Origin: Halobacteriovoraceae bacterium
GTDB lineage: Bacteria > Bdellovibrionota > Bacteriovoracia > Bacteriovoracales > Bacteriovoracaceae
NCBI GenBank assembly: GCA_963719505.1
Contig: CAVRCF010000001.1
Coordinates: forward strand, 832,001 to 896,000
Direction of reading: 5' to 3'
Length of the DNA: 64,000 nucleotides
Shown here: piece by piece, positions 10,401 through 19,177 of the stretch
Layout of the letters: each line of letters opens with the position of its first letter
How positions within the stretch are numbered: position 1 is the first letter of the stretch
The notes under the pieces: model-generated
Told to the model about the DNA's origin: nothing
What the model saw: the letters and a program-made list of their open reading frames with translations, nothing else
Database searches by the model: none
Translations under genes and position numbers: made by a program

Positions 10401-10610
10401 AGTTTCACCATCGTTGACAATCCCTGAGATAATAAAAAATCTCTCAGGAGATCCTTTTTGAAAGGAGATGTTAATTCTGGCATTTTCCAAAACTTTCTTC
10501 GCGTGAATTATCAGTGTATTAGAGAAGAATTTTTTACCTTCTTCGAGAATTGCTTGAGAGACAACATTCATTGAATTCGGCCTTTTTACGCTTAGATTTA
10601 AAAGTCTCAT
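7434..10610 (-). CDS. SWIM zinc-finger / SNF2-family helicase-like ATPase
   Basis: CTC...HCPH SWIM motif; LADDMGLGKT, DEVQ, TGTPVEN, SLKAGGVGLNL, QAIDRAYRIGQ. Confidence 0.92.
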   Translation of the reverse strand: MRLLNLSVKRPNSMNVVSQAILEEGKKFFSNTLIIHAKKVLENARINISFQKGSPERFFIISGIVNDGETREAKASYKKNETYPEGMLSTSCTCNLHSDENHCPHTAALFYKFHLNQVLKEELKENSDAPLRPELTMHGQGVHVESYGRIVPNPAKLIGAKPNSTYASVQYLLTNRKIVNFPLTKKSENKIKVNLVKAVNFEEYQTYPLIENKYLPVFSIENNQGEELKKVSLFEYLYLFNWETGEAFDLPTSLKEFVKRVTREGFLQPINEFLRWSTAIIDEDGIEFSIDGVKFNELEAKDVNFRFSILTGERKSFLELHIELFDNENRLLPPPPVFKLMISDGGFLGGFRTKNDSHEFVKHLLDSLNYNNQEYKKYLHANSQKQKFQDWFDFAMDNDDIPFMTKKPGVIYYLPKNKFWAIFKGVFECFGENASRFSFNRADDEKVYFQIPKNQLFNGVSSFHNRMSHFNIPIFYNDTEVKTWSSNIRFERRKSNLDWFELNLVVDDEDLQVIKNASMGENFILTDQGLVILEKKEKDLLKFMKKYTDHEASAKEMEGNKAKRFSLNFKRTRIFELFELKKHGIEGALTEEEEQLCHNLLNLKDMPHYDLPERYKTIARDYQNTGFQWLSFLFENRFGACLADDMGLGKTLQTIMFLQSVETRVNKVLIVCPVSILINWQKEIEKFSDLDVHCYYGTDRTDPTDSKIILTSYGVMKKESFTTFNDVGFDVLIMDEVQHLKNIRSQGASAARNLKAKFRICLTGTPVENDLSEFYNIMDLSIPGIWGEMSFFKTKSSKKSRLLARQTVRPFILRRTKQEVLTELPEKVENHVYLNFKKEEKEHYLATLANVRKNMTTVQNGRKYSEILKSLLKLRQLCLWQNQQFMHSTKIDFLMENLEQLIDEGHKVLVFSQFTTYLDIIQNKIQERRWKQARIDGSQTLKKRGQEVERFQEGDAQVFLISLKAGGVGLNLTAASYIFLMDPWWNPAVENQAIDRAYRIGQENKLTVYRPIIKDSVEEKVLVLQNAKKDLFKDLMATDQDNFFNGKLTMNDFQSLIG

Positions 10611-10700
10611 TGTACATGAAGACTCGCCTCTAGGCGATAAAAAAGCCCTTAAATTAAGGGGTTTGTATCAATCACATTTTGTCAATAGAAGCTCGCGTTC

Positions 10701-10889
10701 TCTATCATTTTTTAAAGAGATCTTGAGCGACTTTCTGTGGTATGCGGACTTTACTTCACGAATTAGCGAGAGAAGTTTATTTCATTATATCGCTAAGCTT
10801 TTGTTATCAGGCTCGTCCCATCCACCTTTTAGGTAAAAGACTCAGTAAATCTTTCATCATCCTTTAAAACAATCTGGATAAGCGATAGA
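10701..10889. ncRNA. Candidate structured RNA (rod-like with internal bubble)
   Basis: Nested inverted repeats in the intergenic region (see findings); no family confirmed. Confidence 0.25.
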
Positions 10890-10915
10890 AACCAGTTAAT
10901 TTAACCCCTAGGAGA

Positions 10916-11722
10916 ATGACAATGAAATTTCTAATGATAGTTTCTTTATCAGTTCTTTCTTTTTCAAGTATGGCCTCTTCCGATTTTGGAGACCTTGAAA
11001 ATGCAAAAGAGTTTGGTGTTCCCACCAGTGCAGAGAATTTAATTAATATTGAAAACACGCAAGAGAATCTTTATCCACTTGGTAAAGGTGACTTTAATTA
11101 TATCCCTCGCGCCTATGATCCCATAAACAAAACGAAGTACCAAAAAGTAATGGTCGGTAAAACTTTTAAAGCCAGCTATTTTTCTTCTTATACCCATTGG
11201 AGATATGTAACGGTTTACAACGTAAAGACAGAGGCAGAAAGGATAGCTTATCTTCCTTACTTTGAAGAAGAGTGTTTTGACAATTCTGTTTTCATGGCCC
11301 AGTGGGGTGAGTCTCGCTCGATTAGTGTCACTTTAAAGTCAGAGATCGGTGCAAGTGTTGGAGTTGGAGATATAGGACTGTCAGCTTCAGTTGGTATGAG
11401 TATTCAACAAGGCATGAGCTTTTCTACGCAGCGAAGAGTGCGGGCCGTCGAAGGAATCCGCGCACGTCACTATCCTATGAAGTTAAGTGATAATTACGTT
11501 GGTGTTACTTATATTCAAACTTATAATGAAAATAAGGAAACTTATGGTTACCTAACAAAGTCACTCTATGAAGATATGTTTGGTGGCTATCCTTATGCAT
11601 TTGAACTGGATAATCAAAACGTAGGATTCAAGGTGAAAAGAGAAATACTTGAATACTGCCAAGAGTATGACTCGACAGAAGATCCGGTTAGGGACTCGGT
11701 TTTGTATCACATTAAAAACTAA
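10916..11722 (+). CDS. Secreted hypothetical protein with a Ser/Thr-rich amphipathic beta-hairpin
   Basis: AGGAG RBS and signal peptide; segment SRSISVTLKSEIGASVGVGDIGLSASVGMSIQQGMSFST. Confidence 0.75.
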   Translation: MTMKFLMIVSLSVLSFSSMASSDFGDLENAKEFGVPTSAENLINIENTQENLYPLGKGDFNYIPRAYDPINKTKYQKVMVGKTFKASYFSSYTHWRYVTVYNVKTEAERIAYLPYFEEECFDNSVFMAQWGESRSISVTLKSEIGASVGVGDIGLSASVGMSIQQGMSFSTQRRVRAVEGIRARHYPMKLSDNYVGVTYIQTYNENKETYGYLTKSLYEDMFGGYPYAFELDNQNVGFKVKREILEYCQEYDSTEDPVRDSVLYHIKN

Positions 11723-11754
11723 GACCTCAATAATCTTTAAATATCATTATATAG

Positions 11755-11790
11755 AAAAAAAAAGCCCCTCAAATTGAGGGGCTTTTCTTT
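11755..11790. terminator. Bidirectional intrinsic terminator
   Basis: A-tract, GCCCCTCAA/TTGAGGGGC stem, T-tract; lies between convergent genes. Confidence 0.85.
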
Positions 11791-11809
11791 AGAGTATTTG
11801 TAAAAAAAA

Positions 11810-13549
11810 TTAGTTGTCGATGTATGACTTTAAAAGCTTCGCACGACTAGGGTGACGAAGTTTTCTGAGAGCTTTCGCCTCAATCTGTCTAATACGCTCA
11901 CGAGTAACGAAGAAATCTTGTCCAACCTCTTCAAGAGTGTGGTCTGATTTTTCACCGATACCAAAACGCATTCTTAAAACTTTTTCTTCTCTTGGAGTAA
12001 GAGTTGAAAGAACAGATCTCGTTTGCTCAGAAAGAGTCACACTCATCACAGCATCTGCTGGAGAGATGATTTTCTTATCTTCAATAAAGTCACCTAATGA
12101 ACTATCTTCTTCCTCTCCAATTGGAGTTTCAAGAGAGATAGGCTCTTTAGATATTTTGAAAACTTTCTTAACTTTCTCAACACTCATCTCCATTTTCTCA
12201 GCAATTTCTTCTGGAGTAGGTTCACGACCTAGTTCTTGGATGAGTTGTCTCGATGTTCTGGCAAGCTTATTGATTGTCTCAATCATGTGAACCGGAATAC
12301 GGATCGTTCGACCTTGATCGGCAATAGCACGAGTGATAGCTTGTCTAATCCACCAAGTCGCATATGTTGAGAATTTATAACCACGTCTGTACTCAAATTT
12401 ATCAACCGCTTTCATAAGACCGATATTTCCTTCTTGGATAAGATCCAAGAATTGAAGTCCACGGTTTGTATATTTTTTAGAGATCGAAACAACGAGTCTG
12501 AGGTTGGCTTCAACGAGCTGACTTTTTGCAAAATCGGCTTTCTCTTCACCTGTTGTAATAATATTGAAAACATTTTCGATGTCTTCATATGCCATACCAG
12601 CATCAATTGACAGTCGTCTAAGTTTTCTAATGATGTCTTCTTGGTTACGAATCATCTGCTCGATTTTTGCATCACTTGTATAAAGGTGACGAGCAAGTTT
12701 TCTCTTGTAAACATCGTCTTCCATTACTTTGTCATACAACTCTCTATAAGCTCCATCAGTATCAACTTCTAGGAATTTATAGATTCTATCTTGTTGCTCG
12801 TAGAGGCTTCTGAATTGAAGGTAGTAAGCCTTTACGGGTTCAGTAAAGCTGTTGATGATCTTTCTGTTGAAGGTTAAATCAACAAGCTCGTCTTCAACGA
12901 TACCCATTGTTTTACTTTCTTCTTTTGTCAGCTTTCTAAGAGTACCGTCTTCGTTAACGATCTCAGAGATAAGTGTATCAACATGCTCACAAACTTCATA
13001 AATTCTTTTTCTGAATTTTTCAATATCTTTGTCAGAAGACTCGTCATCAAGTCCACGCACAAGATCTTTAACGTATTCACTTTGAGCTTCTGCAGCGTCA
13101 ATTTTTTCTTTAAGTTTTGAGATCTCTTCCAGAGCATGCTTTGAATTAAGACAAGACAGAACGATTTCTTTTTCGCCTTCCTCAATTTCTTTTGCAATTA
13201 CAACTTCGCCTTCTCTGGTAAGAAGAGCGACTGATCCCATTTTCTTTAGGTAGAGTTTTACAGGGTCGGTTGATGAAGACTTAAGCTCTTTTGCTTCTTG
13301 AGCAGAGAGAGCTTCATCGATGAGTTCGATTTCTGTTTGCTCGTTTTCTTCTTCTTCAAGATCAACTTTGTTGATCGTGATATTCATTTCTTCTAACTTC
13401 ATCAGAATCAAGTCAACGTCGATATACTCTACAATACTTGCAGGGATACCATCGTTGATTTCTTCTGGTGTTAGAAAACCTTGGTCCTTACCTTTGACGA
13501 TAAGTTTTGAAAATTCTTTTGCACTAATAAATGCTGATGCGATTGACAT
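11810..13549 (-). CDS. rpoD: Primary RNA polymerase sigma factor sigma70
   Basis: Region 1.1, [81 protein letters not shown]. Confidence 0.97.
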   Translation of the reverse strand: MSIASAFISAKEFSKLIVKGKDQGFLTPEEINDGIPASIVEYIDVDLILMKLEEMNITINKVDLEEEENEQTEIELIDEALSAQEAKELKSSSTDPVKLYLKKMGSVALLTREGEVVIAKEIEEGEKEIVLSCLNSKHALEEISKLKEKIDAAEAQSEYVKDLVRGLDDESSDKDIEKFRKRIYEVCEHVDTLISEIVNEDGTLRKLTKEESKTMGIVEDELVDLTFNRKIINSFTEPVKAYYLQFRSLYEQQDRIYKFLEVDTDGAYRELYDKVMEDDVYKRKLARHLYTSDAKIEQMIRNQEDIIRKLRRLSIDAGMAYEDIENVFNIITTGEEKADFAKSQLVEANLRLVVSISKKYTNRGLQFLDLIQEGNIGLMKAVDKFEYRRGYKFSTYATWWIRQAITRAIADQGRTIRIPVHMIETINKLARTSRQLIQELGREPTPEEIAEKMEMSVEKVKKVFKISKEPISLETPIGEEEDSSLGDFIEDKKIISPADAVMSVTLSEQTRSVLSTLTPREEKVLRMRFGIGEKSDHTLEEVGQDFFVTRERIRQIEAKALRKLRHPSRAKLLKSYIDN

Positions 13550-13580
13550 TAAATTGCTCCACCTTTTTCACTTCGTTTTC

Positions 13581-15539
13581 TTACTTCTTTAAATTTGAAA
13601 GTTCTTCGTTCACTTTTTGGATATCACCTAAAACTATTAGTCCGTCTTCTTCAGTTATAACCTGAGATTGTTTTTGCAAAAGTTTAGTTTTTTTATCTAA
13701 GAGCGCTTCCCTTTTTAATTTAAATGTTAAGTCAGTCATCGTCTTATCGATGATTTTTTTGTTAAACTTCAGCGAGTTGTAATTAAAAAGTGCTGAAGCA
13801 ATTGTATTTTTACATTCACTATTAAGATTCTCTTCAAGTTTAACCTTAATAAAATTTGTGTAGTCGGCGTCGTCTATTTCTAAATAAATATTTTTCAGCC
13901 AATGAATTAACTGTTTTACATCATTATGGTCTATTAAATCAAGTATTTCAGCAATTTGTTTGCTTTCTAGACACTCTGGGTTAGACACCAAAGTCGACAG
14001 TATTTGCAGCTCCACTTTATTGGGGGGAGGGCTTTTCATTTGGGTCTGGGGCAGCTCATCTGATGCTAGGAATTCCCCAGCAAAATTCTCATCCACTTCC
14101 ATGGGAGGACCATCGTAATCTTGAATGGGAGGGCCATCTGCAAAAGGATCGTTGTTTGAGTTATTCTGAGCACTTACAATCTTTTTAGGTTTCTCTGTAA
14201 CTCTCTTTTTATACTTATTCTTGGTCGCTTCTTTCTCTGCAAGAAATTTTTTATACGCGTCAACAATATCGTCATTGGACGATTGAAGTCCGAGAGACTT
14301 TGACGCAAGGATAACCTTCTCTTTTGCCACGAGCCCGTCTTTTAAAGGGGAGACGATCTCAAAGACGTTGCGAAGCGCGGCAAGTTTTTTATCGGTGGTC
14401 CCTGGTATCGGTTTTGGGATAGCCGCTTCGATTTGAATCTCTAAAAATGCAGGAGCTTTATCCATTCTAGCGATGAGCTCCAGGCGGCCAAATTCATTCA
14501 AGAACTCATCTGGATCTTTTGAAGGAGAAAAGTCGATGTACTTTGCAAGGATACCTTGGGTGAGAAGCATCTCATTAATTCTCTCCATCCCTTTCATACC
14601 CGCGGCATCTGAGTCCATCCCCAAGTAGAAATTTTTTGTCAGGTTCGCCAATAGGCGAGAGGAGTTTTCAGAAAAGGCAACACCCATGGTTCCAACAGAG
14701 TTGGTAAATCCGTATTGATGGAGGATGACAACATCCATATTTCCTTCGCATACAATGACAGCGTCTTTGGAGCGAATATTATTCTTGGCCAAATTGAAGC
14801 CGTAGAGAATGTTTCCCTTATCAAAAATAAAAGACTCTCGTGAATTCATGTATTTTGGTTTTTGATCAGGAAGAACGGCCCGAGCTTGAAAGCCACGAAC
14901 CTGACCTGCGTGATCTTGAACGGGAAAGACAATTCTATCTCTGAAAAAGTCATAGGTCCCATTGCCGTGTTTTGAGTCACCAATGATGCCGATCTCTTTG
15001 GCAAGCTTCATCGCAAATTCTTTATCTTTGGCATTTGGAATAGAAGCCAGATAACTTGAAAGAGCATTATTTCCCGGGGCAAAGCCTAGTCCAAAGTTTT
15101 TAACAGACTCTTCATTGAGACCACGCTCTTTTAAAAAGTTAATAAAATTTGGTGGTTTTACTTCGCCCGCTACTTTTTTGTAGAGCTTAAAGGCTCCGTT
15201 TAGAACACGAAAACCCATTTCAAATTTCGGATTTTTTTCTTTCTTTTGAAACTCATCAATAGGAATTGAAAGTTGAGCCGCAATATCTTTAACCGCTTCA
15301 ATGAAGTCTAGGTTTCTTAAGTCTTGCACAAATTTGATACCATCACCGGCAGCACCACAGGCAAAACACTTATAAACCCCTTTGGAGTCTGAGATACTCA
15401 TGGATGGTTTGGTGTCGTTATGAAAAGGACAGACACCTTTATAGTCCGCCCCTTTTTTTGAGATGGGGTGATAGAAGTTAATGATACTCGATATAGGAGT
15501 ATCCTTAATAATGTTTTTAGCTTCTTCTATACTTGCCAC
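13581..15539 (-). CDS. dnaG: DNA primase
   Basis: CPFHND..PS..YKCFACG zinc finger, PKYMNSRES, Toprim EGNMDV/DSDAAG; directly upstream of rpoD. Confidence 0.96.
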   Translation of the reverse strand: MASIEEAKNIIKDTPISSIINFYHPISKKGADYKGVCPFHNDTKPSMSISDSKGVYKCFACGAAGDGIKFVQDLRNLDFIEAVKDIAAQLSIPIDEFQKKEKNPKFEMGFRVLNGAFKLYKKVAGEVKPPNFINFLKERGLNEESVKNFGLGFAPGNNALSSYLASIPNAKDKEFAMKLAKEIGIIGDSKHGNGTYDFFRDRIVFPVQDHAGQVRGFQARAVLPDQKPKYMNSRESFIFDKGNILYGFNLAKNNIRSKDAVIVCEGNMDVVILHQYGFTNSVGTMGVAFSENSSRLLANLTKNFYLGMDSDAAGMKGMERINEMLLTQGILAKYIDFSPSKDPDEFLNEFGRLELIARMDKAPAFLEIQIEAAIPKPIPGTTDKKLAALRNVFEIVSPLKDGLVAKEKVILASKSLGLQSSNDDIVDAYKKFLAEKEATKNKYKKRVTEKPKKIVSAQNNSNNDPFADGPPIQDYDGPPMEVDENFAGEFLASDELPQTQMKSPPPNKVELQILSTLVSNPECLESKQIAEILDLIDHNDVKQLIHWLKNIYLEIDDADYTNFIKVKLEENLNSECKNTIASALFNYNSLKFNKKIIDKTMTDLTFKLKREALLDKKTKLLQKQSQVITEEDGLIVLGDIQKVNEELSNLKK

Positions 15540-15546
15540 ATTGCCT

Positions 15547-16302
15547 TTACTTTTTTGATTTTAATACCATCGCTTTAATTTTTATTCCCTTGTCGAGAAA
15601 AATGCGTTCAAACTTTGTGATAAATGATGAGAGAAAGTGTTCCGGGTGTTCACCTCGAAGATCATATGTCTTGAGAATGATATCAAATCTGCGCTCATCT
15701 TTCATGACATCACACATCCATTCAAAATAGACGTCGTGATCTGTCTTGATGAGAAATTCTCCACCTGGTTCTAAGACCTTGTAGGCTTCATCTAAGAAGC
15801 GCTTTTGAAAGAGACGCTTTTTATTGTGGCGCGCCTTAGGCCATGGATCTGGAAAAAAGTAAAAAATCTTTGCCAGTTCACTCTCTCCAAAAATATGACC
15901 GAGTCTCTCGCCTCGACCTCGAAGATATTTAAAGTTTTTAAACTTGAGCTTATTGAGATGCTTGGCCAGGGTAAAGCTTCTTTTAAAGCGGTGATCGAGA
16001 CCGATAAAATTAACATCTGGATTTTTTTGAGTGTAGTCGATCATAAATTGACCGTAACCTGTACCAATTTCTGTGTGCAAAGGGGCAACCCGTCCAAAGG
16101 CTTTCTCATTCCAACTGCCTGCATTGGCTTCAGCTTCATCATCCCGAAGAACGAATTCATCAAAAACCGCTAATTTTTCGTGATAGGGATTGTCGTGAGA
16201 GTATTCGAAATTGTCTCCAAACGCTCTATCTCCAGCGTTGGTTTTTGGCTTCTTCTCTTTGATGACGTCATCAACACTTTGATCTTTCTCTTGTTCGCTC
16301 AT
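15547..16302 (-). CDS. trmB: tRNA (guanine-N7)-methyltransferase
   Basis: EIGTGYG, FPDPWPKARHNKKRL, KTD, TKFE. Confidence 0.93.
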   Translation of the reverse strand: MSEQEKDQSVDDVIKEKKPKTNAGDRAFGDNFEYSHDNPYHEKLAVFDEFVLRDDEAEANAGSWNEKAFGRVAPLHTEIGTGYGQFMIDYTQKNPDVNFIGLDHRFKRSFTLAKHLNKLKFKNFKYLRGRGERLGHIFGESELAKIFYFFPDPWPKARHNKKRLFQKRFLDEAYKVLEPGGEFLIKTDHDVYFEWMCDVMKDERRFDIILKTYDLRGEHPEHFLSSFITKFERIFLDKGIKIKAMVLKSKK

Positions 16303-16350
16303 GGTATGGCTTATAGCGCATTCTCCGTCAGTTGAAAATAAGATTTAAAA

Positions 16351-16378
16351 ATAAAAAGGGGAGATGTGAATCTCCCCC
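16351..16378 (-). terminator. Flagellin terminator
   Basis: GGGGAGAT/ATCTCCCC stem followed by T-tract on the minus strand. Confidence 0.75.
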
Positions 16379-16415
16379 CCGTTAAAAAATTGTTTTAGAA
16401 TTTTTACTTTTCGGC

Positions 16416-17249
16416 TTAGCCAATCAGTCTTAAAGCGCCTGCGCCTTGAGAGTTTGCTTGTGCCAGAACCGAGGTCCCTGCTTGTTTAAGAATGTTGTTC
16501 GATGCGTTTTCAGCAGTTGCCTGCGCGAAGTCTACATCTCTAATTCTTGAATTTGCAGCTGACATACTTTCAATACTCGTATCTAAGTTTGCCGAAGTCG
16601 ATTGTAGTCTGTTCTGAAGGGCACCCAGTTCAGCTCTTTGACCTGAAACCGCATTGATGGCTCCATCTAAAGTCTCAAGCGATGATTGAGCATCTTCTTT
16701 ACTCGCTACACTTACTCCATCTATTCCCAGACTCGATAATCCCGCGTTAATCTTACCCGCGTCATATTGAATTCTGTCTTGAAAATCGTCATTGTTTGCG
16801 CCAATTTGAAAGTCAAGTTGTCCACCAGTTCCGTTAAGAAGGCTAGTTCCGTTGAATTCAGTTGTTTCTGAAATTCTTCCGAGTTCCTGCTTAAGTTGTT
16901 GGTATTCCATATCAGTGAAACCTCTTTCAGTGTCCCCAACTGTATCCGATGCCGATTGAACTGCAAGCTCTCTTAACCTAATTAAGATGTTACCTGTCTC
17001 GTTTAATCCACCCTCAGCTACTTGAATCATTGAAATACCATCATTCGCATTTCGATTCGCTTGTTGCTTCGACCTAATATTTGCTTTCAACTTCTCACTA
17101 ATCGCTAAACCTGCGGCATCATCCGCTGATTTATTAATTCTTGATCCGCTTGCAAGCTGAGCACTAATGTTTTCTGACTTGGCCGTCACTTTCTTTAAAG
17201 AATTTTGTGCTGCCATTGACGTCGTGTTTGTGTTAATTCTGAAACCCAT
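16416..17249 (-). CDS. fliC: Flagellin (short, 277 aa)
   Basis: RINTN, GSRINKSADDAAGLAISE, QRAELGALQNRL, SRIRDVDFA, SVLAQAN. Confidence 0.96.
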   Translation of the reverse strand: MGFRINTNTTSMAAQNSLKKVTAKSENISAQLASGSRINKSADDAAGLAISEKLKANIRSKQQANRNANDGISMIQVAEGGLNETGNILIRLRELAVQSASDTVGDTERGFTDMEYQQLKQELGRISETTEFNGTSLLNGTGGQLDFQIGANNDDFQDRIQYDAGKINAGLSSLGIDGVSVASKEDAQSSLETLDGAINAVSGQRAELGALQNRLQSTSANLDTSIESMSAANSRIRDVDFAQATAENASNNILKQAGTSVLAQANSQGAGALRLIG

Positions 17250-17566
17250 GTTAATCTCCTAAATTCATAACATCTCCTTCTGTTGCGTAAGTATTGGTCC
17301 CCACCGAATACTTAAGGGGCTACCGTGCCCGTTTGTTAATAATAGTTTTAAACTTCATACCCATAAGAAGTTCTTATAAAGCATTTCGGTTTGTTTTTTT
17401 GGTAAGGTGAGTACTTTTTCACTTTTGTCAGGAAAAAGTTGCCGAACTGAATAATTTCGATAAGTTATTGATATTACTTGATTTTTTGAGTCAGGTACTG
17501 TTGAGACAAAAAAATACCCTTAAGAAGGAGCGAATCACTTATTAAGGGTTATTTTTTGGTTATTAT

Positions 17567-17749
17567 TTAATTATTTATTAATTTTTCTAAGATAAGTGCC
17601 GCTTTTTTTTGAGTGGCCACATCTTTTATTAAATCTTCCGTGATCTTATTTTTAAGATCTTGAATTCTTTTTTTCTGCTCCTGAACATCTTTTGCTTCCT
17701 GCGTAGAGGTCTCTGGAACATAATGCTTATATTTTCGTGCAGAACTCAT
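17567..17749 (-). CDS. Small hypothetical protein
   Basis: 60-aa ORF; start overlaps the upstream stop (TAATG). Confidence 0.6.
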   Translation of the reverse strand: MSSARKYKHYVPETSTQEAKDVQEQKKRIQDLKNKITEDLIKDVATQKKAALILEKLINN

Positions 17750-17967
17750 TAAGAGGCTTGAGCTCCAGCATAACGAGGCTGAGTTGCAACTTTTTTCATG
17801 TGCTCTTCAATAACATCAAATAGCTCTAGTTTCGTAGACTTTGGATCCATACCTTCTGGCATTGCTGAATAAACAACTTCTTCGTTGATCTCAGTGAAGA
17901 TGTACCAAGTTTGACCTAGTTTTTGGAAAAGTACTTCTTTAGTGATTTCGTTTGATGTTTGTTTCAT
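17749..17967 (-). CDS. Small hypothetical protein
   Basis: 72-aa ORF with AGGAGGG RBS and an upstream sigma28-like promoter. Confidence 0.7.
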   Translation of the reverse strand: MKQTSNEITKEVLFQKLGQTWYIFTEINEEVVYSAMPEGMDPKSTKLELFDVIEEHMKKVATQPRYAGAQAS

Positions 17968-18038
17968 ATAACCCTCCTGGTAGAAACTGCTTTTAAAAAG
18001 CTTGGCTGATAACTTCCTGTCATCATGTTGTACCTAAC

Positions 18039-18065
18039 TTATCGAACGAAATAAGAGGGAGCTTA
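18039..18065 (-). promoter_or_regulatory. Putative sigma28 promoter TAAG-N15-TTCGATAA
   Basis: Matches FliA consensus and spacing; upstream of two small genes and flagellin. Confidence 0.6.
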
Positions 18066-18115
18066 ACTTAAATTATAGGAGAGGAAAATATTGCCTTAAA
18101 TGGTCAAAAGGAGCT

Positions 18116-19177
18116 CTAGTAAGCAGTCTGGATGCCCAGGTAATAGGACTGCTCAAGGCTATAACCAACATCATATTCAGGAACCCATCTATCGGGATTA
18201 GGATTTCCTTGGGCCGTGTAGGTGTGGGGTGAGTGAGTGATCGCTTTGAGTCCCGCTACGAAATCAATATTGGCAAGGATCTTTTTGTACTGATAATTGA
18301 GACCGATTTTGGGAGAGAAATACAAAGAGGTGTAGGTGACACTTTTTTCATCAGAGATAGTATCAAAGTCCTGACTAATTTCTTTTGAATCGTAAAAATT
18401 GAGGACTAAACTTCCATGAATATTAATAACGTGTCGATCTTTGCGATAGAGATCATAGGTGAGATACGGGCCGATTCCAATTCTCACTTGATCTTCAACC
18501 GCATCAATATTAGAGGTGAGATACCTCGATTGCCCAGTCATAATATTAAATTCACCACCAAAGAAAAAACGCTCTGATTTATCAAACGCAACTTGTCTTG
18601 CCCAGATAAAAGAGAACTCTTTATTGAAGTCAAAACCTGTGTCGCGAATCTTTTGCGAGTAGGGATAAGGTTGATCTGTGGGGGTTCCTAAAGAGATGAG
18701 AATCTGCCCTCTGATGCCGGTTTGGGACTCCAGTGGATAGTCCTTTGGAAGAGGTTCAATGATTCTATAGTCTGTTTCATCAACCTGAGGAACTGTTTGT
18801 GTTAGCTCCCGAGCGTCTTCGAAGTTTATAAAGACATGATCTTTTTTAATATATCCAATCCTCCCACTTCGAGTGAGAGTTCTATAAAAATCTCTATAAC
18901 CTCTTTGAAATTCTTTTTTAAAAAGGGGATCGGGATAGTCTTTTTGATATTTATCGTGGGTGGATAAGAGTTGTTTTTTTGTGGTTGAAAGGTATTGTCG
19001 AAAAGCATCCTGCCTATAAGCTTCGGCGTGAATATAGATATCATCACCTTTTCTTTTGTATTGAAGAACTTTTGCTTTCATTGAAGGTTCACTAAAAATA
19101 GGGGCTTCCAAAACCATGATCGTTGCATTTTTTGACCAAACACAAAGACTGAAAAGAAAAAGACACAGAACCCTCAT
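18116..19177 (-). CDS. Putative outer-membrane beta-barrel protein with N-terminal soluble domain
   Basis: Signal peptide; alternating beta-strands; ends YYLGIQTAY (BAM-type terminal aromatic). Confidence 0.65.
   Translation of the reverse strand: MRVLCLFLFSLCVWSKNATIMVLEAPIFSEPSMKAKVLQYKRKGDDIYIHAEAYRQDAFRQYLSTTKKQLLSTHDKYQKDYPDPLFKKEFQRGYRDFYRTLTRSGRIGYIKKDHVFINFEDARELTQTVPQVDETDYRIIEPLPKDYPLESQTGIRGQILISLGTPTDQPYPYSQKIRDTGFDFNKEFSFIWARQVAFDKSERFFFGGEFNIMTGQSRYLTSNIDAVEDQVRIGIGPYLTYDLYRKDRHVINIHGSLVLNFYDSKEISQDFDTISDEKSVTYTSLYFSPKIGLNYQYKKILANIDFVAGLKAITHSPHTYTAQGNPNPDRWVPEYDVGYSLEQSYYLGIQTAY

Noticed and set aside
7434-10610. SNF2 helicase as part of a defence system
   Set aside because: Stand-alone SWIM-SNF2 architecture with no neighbouring methyltransferase, nuclease or PLD genes.
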